Below are positions 17,021 to 26,220 of a stretch of 64,000 nt of DNA, one piece after another; position 1 is the first letter of the stretch, and every line of letters starts with the position of its first letter. Both the position numbers and the translations under genes were made by a program. The notes under the pieces were generated by a model. That model made no database searches. It was given only the letters and a program-made list of their open reading frames with translations, and was not told the origin of the DNA. The stretch spans positions 1,408,001-1,472,000 of the forward strand of contig CAVVXN010000005.1 of assembly GCA_963752285.1 (NCBI GenBank), read 5' to 3'. Source of the stretch: an uncultured Planctomycetota bacterium (GTDB lineage: Bacteria; Planctomycetota; PLA2; JAEUHO01).

Positions 17021-19216
17021 CTACTTGTCCTGGGATTCCGACGAGCCGCTCATCTGCTCGTCGTTGAACGTCATGCCCTCGGGCCAGTCGTCGGGACCCG
17101 GCGGCGTGTACTCCCACTCTTTCGTGTCGTCGGACATCTTGAAGATGACGTCCTTCATGTACTTCGTCCACTCGCTCTCGATCTCGTCCCACTCGTCGTC
17201 GTCGCGGATCCGGAAGCAGCGCATGAAGGTCTGCTTCTTCTGCTCCGCGCTCGCCTGACGCTGGAGGACCGCGCCGAAGAAGTCGAGCCACCGATCCTTG
17301 TACTTGCCGTTCTCGAAGTGGTTCAGGAAGTACGTGAACGCCCAGACCTGCTGGTAGAAGAGGTCCATCGCCTGGCCGTACTCGACGCCCCAGGCCTCGT
17401 TCGCCCACTGCCCCATCTCGGCGTAGGACGAGAACGCCATCATGTGCTGCACGGGGAAGATCGGGTAGTCCTTGTTCTTCTTCGCGAAGGCGGCGCGCTC
17501 GCCCTTGATGCTGTGCAGTCGGGGCACGTTGACCTCGATGAACTTCAGGTGTCGCGCCTTGTCCATCTGCACCGAACCCAGGAACTCCGCGATGCCCTCC
17601 GAGAAGCCGTTCTGCGAGTTCGGCGGGAAGCCCCACTTGCTCTGCTGGCGGGTGAACCAGTACTCGAGCATGTGGGTGCCCTCGTGCACCGTCTTGTTGA
17701 TCTCGAAGCCGCGGTCCTCGGGGTTCGGCTCGTCGAAGAGGAAGATCCAGCCCCCGGTCGGGCCGTTCGAGGGGTCGAAGTAGCCGGCCACGCCGGGCGG
17801 CAGGCGGCCGCCCAGATGCTTCTCGTGGTAGTCCTGGAACGACTTCTCGTCGCTGAAGATCCAGATCGTCATCGGGACGCCGTCGGGGTAGGAGCGCACG
17901 CCGGGCGGGTAGTCCTGGCGGCCGCCGTACTCGTCGGTCAGGGGCTTCAGGCCGAAGCGGTCCGCGTAGCGCCGCATGAACTCCTGGTAGAGCTGCTGGA
18001 AGATCATCGCCTTCTCGTAGGCGACGCGGTCCCACTGGTGCCGCTTCTTGTTGAGCTCCTCCTTCTTCGCCTTCCGCTCGTTCTTGTCCTCGATCTTGCG
18101 AAGGTCCATCTCCGACATGATCTCCTCGGCGCTGGAGTAGCAGACGAGGTACGGGGGCTTCCAGCACGTCGTGTAGTTCAACAGCTTGAGCTGCGGGTTC
18201 TGCGCGATGTTGGAGCGGATCGAGTCGCCGAGGCGGAAGAGGTGGTCGGTCTCGAGGAGGTGGAGGTGCCGCTTCATCCGCGCGACCGCCTTCTTGGCGT
18301 TCGCGATGTCGTCCTCGTCGTCGAGCCAGCGCTTCGAGGCGAAGTCCGTCACGAGGTCGAGGTAGTCGTAGCCGCGCCGGTTCGCGATGTCGGGCGGGAT
18401 GGCGTCTTCGTTCTCCTGGAGCTTTCGGCCGAGGATGTCGGTCTGGAAGTCCGTGTACCCGAGGTACTTCCGCGCCTCCAGGTCGTCCGGGTCCACCTTG
18501 CGGATCAGCTCCTCGTACAGGTGCTTCGCCTCGTTCTTGCCCTCGTCGGTCCCGAGGTCCAGGAAGCGCTTCGCGAAGCCGTGGTAGTCGGAGGCCTTCT
18601 TGAGCTCCGAGCGGCGGAGGTCGTCCTGGACCGTGGCGAGGGTGTCCACGGAGGCCGTCACCGTCGCCCCGGCGTTCGAACCCGCGGCCGGCGCCACGCT
18701 GCCCGAGCCCCCCGCCGTCGCGCCGCCGCCGGACGCGTCGCTCTTGCCGCCGCCGATGACGAGGAAGAGGAGGACGCCGGCGACGAGGAGCCCGCCCGCC
18801 CCGTAGATGAGGGCCGGCGAGGGGCCGCCCTTCCGCTCCGCGCGGGCGGGGCGCTCCATGCGCGCCGCGCGCTGGCCGCGCTGGGGACGGCGTTCCGTCG
18901 CGCGGGCGTCGGCGCGCGGGTCCTGCCGGCGCTCGGGGGGTCGGTACTGGGGGCCCCGCGTCCCGACGGCCGCCCGCTCGGTCCGCGCCGAGGCGGCCGC
19001 CGGCTGGCGCAGGCCGCCCGAGGGGGCCGCCCGGCGGGAGCCCGGAGCCCGACCCGAGACCGCCGGCGCGACGGGCGCGGCCGGCGCGGGCGGCGTCGCC
19101 GCCTGCGCGTGCGCCGTGAGGACCGTTCCACAGGATCCACACGTGAACTTCTGGCCGGGCGCGAAGGTGGACACGTCGAACTGCGCGCCGCAGCTGGTGC
19201 AGGCTTGGAGCTTCAT
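17021..19216 (-). CDS. Zn-ribbon/TM protein with C-terminal DUF1570-like zincin domain
   Basis: CTSC...CGSC at the N-terminus, a TM helix, VHEGTHMLE (HExxH), FSEGIAEFL, FYQQVWAFTYFL. Confidence 0.72.
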   Translation of the reverse strand: MKLQACTSCGAQFDVSTFAPGQKFTCGSCGTVLTAHAQAATPPAPAAPVAPAVSGRAPGSRRAAPSGGLRQPAAASARTERAAVGTRGPQYRPPERRQDPRADARATERRPQRGQRAARMERPARAERKGGPSPALIYGAGGLLVAGVLLFLVIGGGKSDASGGGATAGGSGSVAPAAGSNAGATVTASVDTLATVQDDLRRSELKKASDYHGFAKRFLDLGTDEGKNEAKHLYEELIRKVDPDDLEARKYLGYTDFQTDILGRKLQENEDAIPPDIANRRGYDYLDLVTDFASKRWLDDEDDIANAKKAVARMKRHLHLLETDHLFRLGDSIRSNIAQNPQLKLLNYTTCWKPPYLVCYSSAEEIMSEMDLRKIEDKNERKAKKEELNKKRHQWDRVAYEKAMIFQQLYQEFMRRYADRFGLKPLTDEYGGRQDYPPGVRSYPDGVPMTIWIFSDEKSFQDYHEKHLGGRLPPGVAGYFDPSNGPTGGWIFLFDEPNPEDRGFEINKTVHEGTHMLEYWFTRQQSKWGFPPNSQNGFSEGIAEFLGSVQMDKARHLKFIEVNVPRLHSIKGERAAFAKKNKDYPIFPVQHMMAFSSYAEMGQWANEAWGVEYGQAMDLFYQQVWAFTYFLNHFENGKYKDRWLDFFGAVLQRQASAEQKKQTFMRCFRIRDDDEWDEIESEWTKYMKDVIFKMSDDTKEWEYTPPGPDDWPEGMTFNDEQMSGSSESQDK

Positions 19217-19442
19217 CTCGGCCCTTTCGGAGTCTTCGGGCGAAGCGCGGGAAGAGCCCGAGTTATAGCACGTTGGATACGCGTTCCGGGCCGGCGAGCG
19301 GGGTCCGAGACGCCCTACCGGGGCGCGCCATTGCGTGGGGAGCCTCGCCCGCGCGCCCCGCGGGCCGGCCGGGGAGGCCGTACGTCGCGGGCGTCGGGGA
19401 AGGGCGCGCGTCGGGCCCACGTCCGCCCCGCCGTCGAGGAGG

Positions 19443-20456
19443 ATGCGGGGCGTGCCGAACGCCGCCGGAACCGTCCGTCCCCTGCTCGGCCCGCTCCTCG
19501 AGGCGGAGGTCCGGCGCTACGACCGGGCGTGGCTCGCGTCCGACCCCCTCTGGTGGCCACGGCGCTTCGAGGATCGCGCCGACCGGGAGGTGGTGGCGAT
19601 CGTGGCCGCGCTCCTCGCGTACGGTCGCGTCGCCACGATCCAGCAGACCCTCGGTCGCGTGGTCTCGTCGCTCGGCCCGGCGCCGAGCCGCACGGTCGAG
19701 GAGGCCGACGAACGAGAGCTCGGTCGGAGGCTCCGTCCTGTGGTCCACCGCTTCACGCGGGGCGAAGACCTCGCGTGGCTCCTCGCGGGCGTCGGGGCGA
19801 TCCGCCGACGGCACGGCAGCGTCGGCCGCCTCGTCGAGGACGCCGCGCGGGAGGGGGCGCCGCTCCGTTCGGCGCTCGTCGCGTTCCGCGCCGCGCTCCA
19901 CGCGCGGCCCGGGCGCGCCGCGCGGGCAGGGGCCCGGGCCTTCCTCGTGCCCGACCCCGCGCTGGGCGGCGCGTGCAAGCGACTGCTCCTCCTCATGCGC
20001 TGGTGCGTGCGGGGCGACGACGGGCTCGACCTCGGCCTCTGGGGCGGCGAACGGCTCACGCCCGCGGACCTCCTCCTGCCGCTCGACGCGCACGCGTTCC
20101 GGTTCGCGCGCCACCTCGGCCTCACGCGGCGCGCCCGCGCGGACTGGCGCACGGCGGAGGAGGTGACCGCGGCGCTTCGCCAGATCGACCCGGACGACCC
20201 CACGCGCTTCGACTTCGCGCTCGTCAGGCCCGGCATCGTGGGGCGCTGCCGGCACCGGCACGTGCCGGCGGTCTGCGGCGCGTGTCCCCTCGCCCCCGCG
20301 TGCGACCACGGCGGACCCGCGCGGCGCGGGTCGTCGGCCGCGGGACCGCCCCGACCCGAACAAGCGCCGGGACCGCGGACCGCGCGCGCTACCAGTGGAA
20401 ACCGAACGTCGCCTCGTTGGCCTCGAACCAGGCCTTCGCGTCGGCCGTCGTCTTGA
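19443..20456 (+). CDS. TIGR02757/DUF2400 family (HhH-GPD-like) protein
   Basis: SDPL...DREVVA...ALLAYGRV, ACKRLLLLMRWCVR...DLGLW, PLDAH, DPTRFDFAL, C-terminal Cys cluster. Start is uncertain. Confidence 0.82.
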   Translation: MRGVPNAAGTVRPLLGPLLEAEVRRYDRAWLASDPLWWPRRFEDRADREVVAIVAALLAYGRVATIQQTLGRVVSSLGPAPSRTVEEADERELGRRLRPVVHRFTRGEDLAWLLAGVGAIRRRHGSVGRLVEDAAREGAPLRSALVAFRAALHARPGRAARAGARAFLVPDPALGGACKRLLLLMRWCVRGDDGLDLGLWGGERLTPADLLLPLDAHAFRFARHLGLTRRARADWRTAEEVTAALRQIDPDDPTRFDFALVRPGIVGRCRHRHVPAVCGACPLAPACDHGGPARRGSSAAGPPRPEQAPGPRTARATSGNRTSPRWPRTRPSRRPSS

Positions 20457-21204
20457 AGTTCTTCCCGGTCAGGTCCTCGAGCGCCTCGAGGGCCGACGCG
20501 TGCTCCTCGTGCCAGAGCTGCCACCGGCGTTCCCACCACTCGGCGGGGGGGTTCGTGGGCGAGTTCACGTCGGTCGCCTCGGGACGGTCGATCTCCTCGG
20601 CGAGGAGCCGGCAGAAGCGCTTGTCCTTCACGTCGCGGACGTAGCGGCAGATGTCCACGATCGCGGGCGCGTAGTCGCGGCGCGGGTCGCCGACGATGGT
20701 GCGCCAGGTGTCCTCCACGACGCGGTAGCGGTCGTCGTCGAGGGGCGACGGCTGGAGCCCGGACACGGCGAGGAGGATGTGCGTGCGAACGAGCAGGCGC
20801 GTCCGGTTCACGCTCTTCGACCAGCCGAGCTTCCAGACCTGGTCCACGAGCTTCTGGCGCTCCTTGTCGTCCTCCACGCGCTGCACGCGGAGGATCTCGG
20901 CGGCCTTCATCGCCACCTCCGGCGCGTCGTGCGTGAGGCACGCGAGCAGGGGCTTTCGGACCTCGGGGTGGCTGCGCAGGCCGATCGCCTCGAGCGCCGG
21001 CAGCACGTCGGCCGCCTTCTTCTTCTTGCGGGCCCGGTCGAGGGCCTTCGCGAGCTCCTTCGCCTCGCCGTCGGGGATCGGCGCGCCCGCGACGTCCGGG
21101 CCCGCCGGCGCCGCCGCGTCGCCGTCGTCGGCGCGCGTCGTCGCGGGGAACGGGAGGAGGAAGAGGAGGACGAGGGCGGGCGCCAGGACGCGACGCGACT
21201 CCAT
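20389..21204 (-). CDS. Secreted helical (HEAT-like) hypothetical protein
   Basis: Signal peptide (TRA-DD), helical body ending ALEDLTGKNF...AKAWF. Confidence 0.65.
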   Translation of the reverse strand: MESRRVLAPALVLLFLLPFPATTRADDGDAAAPAGPDVAGAPIPDGEAKELAKALDRARKKKKAADVLPALEAIGLRSHPEVRKPLLACLTHDAPEVAMKAAEILRVQRVEDDKERQKLVDQVWKLGWSKSVNRTRLLVRTHILLAVSGLQPSPLDDDRYRVVEDTWRTIVGDPRRDYAPAIVDICRYVRDVKDKRFCRLLAEEIDRPEATDVNSPTNPPAEWWERRWQLWHEEHASALEALEDLTGKNFKTTADAKAWFEANEATFGFHW

Positions 21205-21274
21205 GGTGGGCCTCCGACCGGAGATCCTACTCCCGCGGGCCCGTCGCCCCGGGCGCGGTGAGGGGCGGCGCGGC

Positions 21275-21344
21275 GGACGACGCGACGGACGACGCGACGG
21301 ACGAGGGGGACGAGCGGCGGACGACGCGGCGGACGACGTGCGGC
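21275..21344. repeat. Short imperfect tandem repeat (about 12-bp unit GGACGACGCG(A/G)C)
   Basis: About 5 degenerate copies in the intergenic gap. Confidence 0.6.
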
Positions 21345-21387
21345 GCAGGGCGGCCCCCGAAGCGTCCTGGGCGGGACGGCGCGGAGG

Positions 21388-22812
21388 CTACGGCGCGCCG
21401 CGGTTCGCGTACACGTCGCCGGGCCCGTCCCGGTCGTCGCTCCACACCACGAGCGCCTCCGTCCCCCGGGGCGCGAGGTCGGGCTCCAGCGCGTTCGTCG
21501 AGCCGAGCGGCGTCGTGTCGAGCCGCACCTCGGGCGCGCTCCACGTGAGGCCCTGGTCCGCGGAACCGACCAGGAGGAGGTCGAACGCGCCCCGCCGGTC
21601 GTCGGCGAACGCCACGAACGCGCGCGACGCGGAGAGCCCCGCGACCGGCTGGAGCGAGCGCGCGAGCCCGGGGCCGTCCGTGTCGAGGCGGACGTCCTCC
21701 GAGAGCCACGTCCGACCCCCGTCGAGAGAGCGGCTCGCGTGGACGTCCGCGAGGCCCGCGCGGAGGTCCTCCCAGGCGACGAGGGCCAGGGCGCCCCGGA
21801 GCGCGAGGGTCGGGTGGACGGAGTCGGCCGAGCCCGGCGGGTCGGTGTCGAGACGCAGGTCGGCGGGGAGCCACGTGCGCCCCGCGTCGTCCGACGCGTT
21901 CGCGCGCACGTCGAACGCGCCGTCCCGGTCGTCCTGCCACACGACCACCACGCGGTCGCCGTCCATCGCGATCCGAGGACCGCGCGAGTCGCCGACGCCC
22001 GGCGCGTCGGTGTCGAGGCGGAGGTCCGCCGGGAGCCACGTCTGTCCGGCGTCGGACGACACGTTCACGCGCACGTCGAACGCGCCGTCGCGGTCGTCCT
22101 GCCACACGACCACCACGCGGTCGCCCGACGCCGCGACGCGCGGGCCGCGCGAGGCGGCGACGCCCAAGACGTCGGTGTCGAGGCGCCGGTCGGGGCTCCA
22201 GGTGGCGCCGGCGTCCGTGGAGCGCGCGAAGTAGACGTCGTCCGCGCCGTTCCGGTCGTCCTGCCAGGCGGCGTACACGAGGTCGCCCTGCTCGGCCACC
22301 GAGACCTCGAGCGAGGAGCCGTCGGGGCCCGTCCCGTCGTCGAGCCGGACGTCCTCGCCGAGCCAGGTCAGGCCCGCGTCGAGCGACCGGTTCGCGCGGA
22401 CCTGGGAGAGCCCGCCGCGCGTGTCCTCCCACAGGACGACCACGCGGTCGCCGTCGCAGGCGATCACCGGCACGTTCGAGGAGGCCGCCCCGGGGAGGTC
22501 CGTGTCGAGCCGGACGTCGGTGCGGCGCCAGTGGACGCCGCCGTCCAAGGAGCGGTTGAAGTACACGTCGGTGTCGCCCGCGCGCCGGTCGTACCAGGCG
22601 ACGTAGAGATGGTCGCCGGACGCCGCGATCCGCGGGAAGACCGACAGCGCCGCGCCGGGCGCGTCCGTGTCCAGGCGGCTCTCGGCGGCCTGCGGGGGCG
22701 CGTAGGGACCCGTGGGCGTCGGTGCGCCCGCCGGGGCCCGCCCCGACCCGCCGCACGAGACGCCGAGGATCGAGGACGCGAGCGCCAGGGTCCACGCCGA
22801 CACGAGCCGCAC
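21388..22812 (-). CDS. Exported BNR/Asp-box repeat beta-propeller (sialidase-like fold), probable lipoprotein
   Basis: About 7 repeats of about 62 aa: RLDTD...P.IA..GD.V.VVWQDDRDG..DV....S.D.G.TW. Signal peptide ends in VSC. Confidence 0.8.
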   Translation of the reverse strand: MRLVSAWTLALASSILGVSCGGSGRAPAGAPTPTGPYAPPQAAESRLDTDAPGAALSVFPRIAASGDHLYVAWYDRRAGDTDVYFNRSLDGGVHWRRTDVRLDTDLPGAASSNVPVIACDGDRVVVLWEDTRGGLSQVRANRSLDAGLTWLGEDVRLDDGTGPDGSSLEVSVAEQGDLVYAAWQDDRNGADDVYFARSTDAGATWSPDRRLDTDVLGVAASRGPRVAASGDRVVVVWQDDRDGAFDVRVNVSSDAGQTWLPADLRLDTDAPGVGDSRGPRIAMDGDRVVVVWQDDRDGAFDVRANASDDAGRTWLPADLRLDTDPPGSADSVHPTLALRGALALVAWEDLRAGLADVHASRSLDGGRTWLSEDVRLDTDGPGLARSLQPVAGLSASRAFVAFADDRRGAFDLLLVGSADQGLTWSAPEVRLDTTPLGSTNALEPDLAPRGTEALVVWSDDRDGPGDVYANRGAP

Positions 22813-22885
22813 GCGCGGGAATCTACCCCCGTCGCGCGAGGACCGCTATCCTTCGGCCCTTTCGTGCCCAGAGAGGAGCGCGGCC

Positions 22886-23371
22886 ATGCCCCCGAGAGCC
22901 CTCTTCCCGCTCGAGCGAATCGATCCCGCCCACGTCGTGGCCGACATCGAGGCGATCCGCCGCGCGAACCCCCAGCGCTTCGAGATGGAGCAGCTCTCCC
23001 GCATCTGTTACGCGAACGTGGAGACGGGCGAGGTGGCGGGCGTTCTCGAGGTGGGCGAGGAGCCGTTCTGGGCCCGCGGCCACATCCCCGGCCGCCCGCT
23101 CATGCCCGGCGTGCTGATGCTCGAGGCCGCCGCGCAGCTCTGCTCGTGGTTCGTGCGCCAGGTGTACGACCCCGCGGAGTTCTCCGAGCGGTTCTTCGGC
23201 TTCGGGGGGATCGACGACGTGAAGTTCCGGGGGGTGATCTTCCCGGGGCAGTCGATGCTGCTCCTCGGGAGGAAGACCGAGATCCGCCCGCGTCGCGCCG
23301 TCTTCGCGACGCAGGGCTGGATCGAAGACCGCATGACGTTCGAGGCGCAGATCACCGGGATGTGGGTCTGA
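22886..23371 (+). CDS. fabZ: Beta-hydroxyacyl-ACP dehydratase (FabZ/FabA hotdog fold)
   Basis: NPQRFEM, GHIPGRPLMPGVLMLEAAAQ, FGGIDDVKFRG; GAGGAG RBS. Confidence 0.82.
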   Translation: MPPRALFPLERIDPAHVVADIEAIRRANPQRFEMEQLSRICYANVETGEVAGVLEVGEEPFWARGHIPGRPLMPGVLMLEAAAQLCSWFVRQVYDPAEFSERFFGFGGIDDVKFRGVIFPGQSMLLLGRKTEIRPRRAVFATQGWIEDRMTFEAQITGMWV

Positions 23372-23404
23372 GCGCGGGCGCCCCGCGTCGCGACCGGGCG
23401 TACG

Positions 23405-23935
23405 TCAGGGGCGCGGCGGGAGCGGCGCGGGCGCCTCGCCGGCCGCCGTGCGGCGCGACTGCTCGACGTAGCCGTTCGCCATCCACGCCGCCTCGGCGCG
23501 CCGCGCGTCCTCGGCGTACGTCTTGACCACGCGGGCGGGCACGCCGACGGCGAGGGAGAACGGGGGGATCTCCATCCCCTCCGAGACGACCGCGCCGGCC
23601 CCCACCACGGCGTGCTCGCCGATCACGCTCCCCGAGAGCAGGATCGCGCCCATCCCGACGAGCGCGCCGTCCTGGACGAGGATCCCGTGGCAGATCGCGC
23701 CGTGGCCGATCGTGACGCCGTTCCCGATCACGTTCGGGCAGTCGGGGTCCACGTGGACGACGGTGCCGTCCTGCACGTTCGTGCGCGCTCCGATCCGGAT
23801 GGGCGCCACGTCGCCCCGGATCGTGACCCCGAACCACACGTTCGCGTCCTCGCCGAGCTCGACGTCGCCGGTGACGACGGCGTTCTCGGCGATCCACGCC
23901 GCGCCCACGCGACGGAGCCGGTACGCGCCGCTCAC
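23405..23935 (-). CDS. Gamma-class carbonic anhydrase family protein
   Basis: Hexapeptide repeats: GDVELG..ANVWFG..IRGD, NVQDGTVVH, TIGHGAICHG. Confidence 0.88.
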   Translation of the reverse strand: MSGAYRLRRVGAAWIAENAVVTGDVELGEDANVWFGVTIRGDVAPIRIGARTNVQDGTVVHVDPDCPNVIGNGVTIGHGAICHGILVQDGALVGMGAILLSGSVIGEHAVVGAGAVVSEGMEIPPFSLAVGVPARVVKTYAEDARRAEAAWMANGYVEQSRRTAAGEAPAPLPPRP

Positions 23936-25038
23936 AGGACGCCCTGCACCCGCGCGATGATCATCGGGACGATGTTCGACGCGTTGAAGAGGGCGTGCGC
24001 GACCATCGTCGTGGCGAGGGAGTCGGTGTGCTCGACCACGGTGGCGAACACCATCGCGAGCCCGAAGAGCGGCAGCAGGGACGGGCCGTGCGCGTGGATG
24101 CCCGCGAAGAGGAGCGAGCTCACGACCGCCCCGATCCAGTAGCCCCGACGGCCGCCCCCGGCGGCGTGACGAAACGCCGGGAAGAGGAGGCCTCGGAACA
24201 CGGCTTCCTCCGTGACGGGCGCCACGAGGACGGCGAACGCGCCGATCCAGTAGAGGTAGCTCGGGTGCTCGGGGGCGAGCGCTTCCTGCACCACCCCGTA
24301 GACCGAGACCTCGCGGCCGAAGAAGACGTAGATCGCCACCGAGATCGCCATCAGTCCGGCCGCGGTCGCGACCCCGACCGCATAGGTGACGAACCCTCGG
24401 CCGGCGACCCGGAGCGGCCGGAGCGCCGGCGCGCCGCGCGCGTGCCGGCGCCAGAGGGTGAACGCGGCCGGCACGCCGAGCGCGACGAGCGTGGTCAGGA
24501 GCCGCGCCGCGAGGGCCCACGAGTCGGGAAGGCCCCGCGCGAGGAGCTCGCCGAGCGTGCCGAGGACCAGGTAGGAGCCGAGCGCGAGGGCGAGCGCGGG
24601 GACGACCTCGAACGCGACCGTCGGGCCCGCGCGAAGCGGCGGCGGCATGCCGAGCCGCCGGCGCTCGTCGTAGCGCCCGTACGCGCGATAGAGGAGGAGC
24701 AGCATCACGAGCACCCCGAGGCCGATGGGCACGATCGTGAGCGCCCACCGCGCCACCCGGAGCTCCGGCGTGCTCATCAGCTTCTCGGCCAGCGCCAGGC
24801 TGTCGGCGAGCGACGGGGGGACGGGCTCCGCCGTGGCGTCGCCCGCCCGACCGTCCGGCGCGCCGCCCGGCGCCGGGGGGAGCCCGGGCGCCGGGACCGG
24901 TCCGGGCCCGGGCGCGGGGGCGGGCGCCGGGGCCGGCGCGACCGGCGCGCCACCCTCGGCCCGAACGACGCCCGCGGTCGCGCCCGCGAGGACGAAGAGG
25001 AGGACCGCCGCGAGGACGGCGCGCCGGCGCCCCGTCAT
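23932..25038 (-). CDS. CPBP (CAAX protease/Abi) family intramembrane metalloprotease
   Basis: [22 protein letters not shown]; signal peptide and Pro-rich N-terminus. Confidence 0.85.
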   Translation of the reverse strand: MTGRRRAVLAAVLLFVLAGATAGVVRAEGGAPVAPAPAPAPAPGPGPVPAPGLPPAPGGAPDGRAGDATAEPVPPSLADSLALAEKLMSTPELRVARWALTIVPIGLGVLVMLLLLYRAYGRYDERRRLGMPPPLRAGPTVAFEVVPALALALGSYLVLGTLGELLARGLPDSWALAARLLTTLVALGVPAAFTLWRRHARGAPALRPLRVAGRGFVTYAVGVATAAGLMAISVAIYVFFGREVSVYGVVQEALAPEHPSYLYWIGAFAVLVAPVTEEAVFRGLLFPAFRHAAGGGRRGYWIGAVVSSLLFAGIHAHGPSLLPLFGLAMVFATVVEHTDSLATTMVAHALFNASNIVPMIIARVQGVL

Positions 25039-26054
25039 GCGCCCCTCGGCGCCGCGGGGAGGACGCCCTCGGTCGGCGAGGAGGCGCGGGGCTTCCCCTT
25101 GGGGATCCGGCCCGCGAGGAAGGCGTTCCGCCCGGCGACGCACGCATCGCGCATGGCCATCGCCATCCGGACGGGGTCCTGGGCCTTCGCGATGCCGGTG
25201 TTGAGGAGCACGCCGTCCACCCCGAGCTCCATCGCGAGCGCGACGTCGGAGGCCGTGCCCACGCCCGCATCGACGATCACGGGCACGCGGGACTGCGCCA
25301 CGATCTGCTCGACGTGGAGGGGGTTCAGGATCCCGAGCCCGGTGCCGATCGCGCTCCCGAGCGGCATCACGGCGGCGGCGCCGGCCTCCTCGAGGCGCCG
25401 CGCGGCGACCGGGTCGTCGTTCGTGTAGACGAGCGCCGTGAACCCCTCGCGGACGAGCGTCTCGAGGGCCACGACGGTCTGGAACACGTCGGGGAGGAGG
25501 CTCTCGGGGTCGGCGAGGACCTCGAGCTTCACGAGGTCGGAGAGGCCGAGCTCCTGCGCGAGGCGGCACGTGCGGACGGCCTCCTCGGCCGAGAAGCAGC
25601 CCGCGGTGTTCGGGAGCAGCGTGTAGCGGTCGCCGAGCGCGTCGAGGAGGTTCGGACCGTCCTTCCGCTGGAGGTCCACGCGGCGGAGCGCCACGGTCAC
25701 GCACTCCGTCCCGCTCGCCTCGAGCGCGCGAAGCGTCTCCTCGTGCGAGCGGTACTTGCCCGTCCCGACGAAGAGGCGGCTTCGGAACGCGTGCGTCCCG
25801 ATGCGGAGCGGCTCGTCCTCGAAGGCCGGGTCGCCGCCGCCGACGAACGCGACGACCTCGAGCACGTCGCCCGCCGCGAGGTGGACCTCACCGAGCCGCG
25901 CGCGAGGCACGACCTCGCCGTTTCGCTCGACGGCGACGCGCCCCGCGCCGAGGCCCAGCGTGCGGAGCAGGTCGAGAACGGTCGGCGGCCCGCCGGCCGC
26001 CGGGACCTCCCGCGGGGTGCCGTTCACCGTGAGCGCGATCGTCTTCGGGTCCAC
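25035..26054 (-). CDS. thiG: ThiS-ThiG fusion (sulfur carrier + thiazole synthase)
   Basis: ThiS part LTVNG...[10 protein letters not shown]...[10 protein letters not shown] runs in frame into Thi[37 protein letters not shown]. Confidence 0.9.
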   Translation of the reverse strand: MDPKTIALTVNGTPREVPAAGGPPTVLDLLRTLGLGAGRVAVERNGEVVPRARLGEVHLAAGDVLEVVAFVGGGDPAFEDEPLRIGTHAFRSRLFVGTGKYRSHEETLRALEASGTECVTVALRRVDLQRKDGPNLLDALGDRYTLLPNTAGCFSAEEAVRTCRLAQELGLSDLVKLEVLADPESLLPDVFQTVVALETLVREGFTALVYTNDDPVAARRLEEAGAAAVMPLGSAIGTGLGILNPLHVEQIVAQSRVPVIVDAGVGTASDVALAMELGVDGVLLNTGIAKAQDPVRMAMAMRDACVAGRNAFLAGRIPKGKPRASSPTEGVLPAAPRGA

Positions 26055-26220
26055 GCGCCGAAGGGTACGAGACGGGGCGGCGGGCGGGGCCCTTTCCGGG
26101 ACTGCGCCGGCCCCGCCGGGGACCCGTCCTTCGCCCCCCCACCGCGCCCGGGCACGCCCCGGGACGCCCCGGCGGGGACCCGCGCGGTCCACGAGCCGGT
26201 CGGGTCCCCGCGCCCGACGT

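Noticed and set aside
21275..22700. Repeats considered as a CRISPR array
   Set aside because: The long repeats are in-frame protein repeats and the short one has no unique spacers; no cas genes are in the window.
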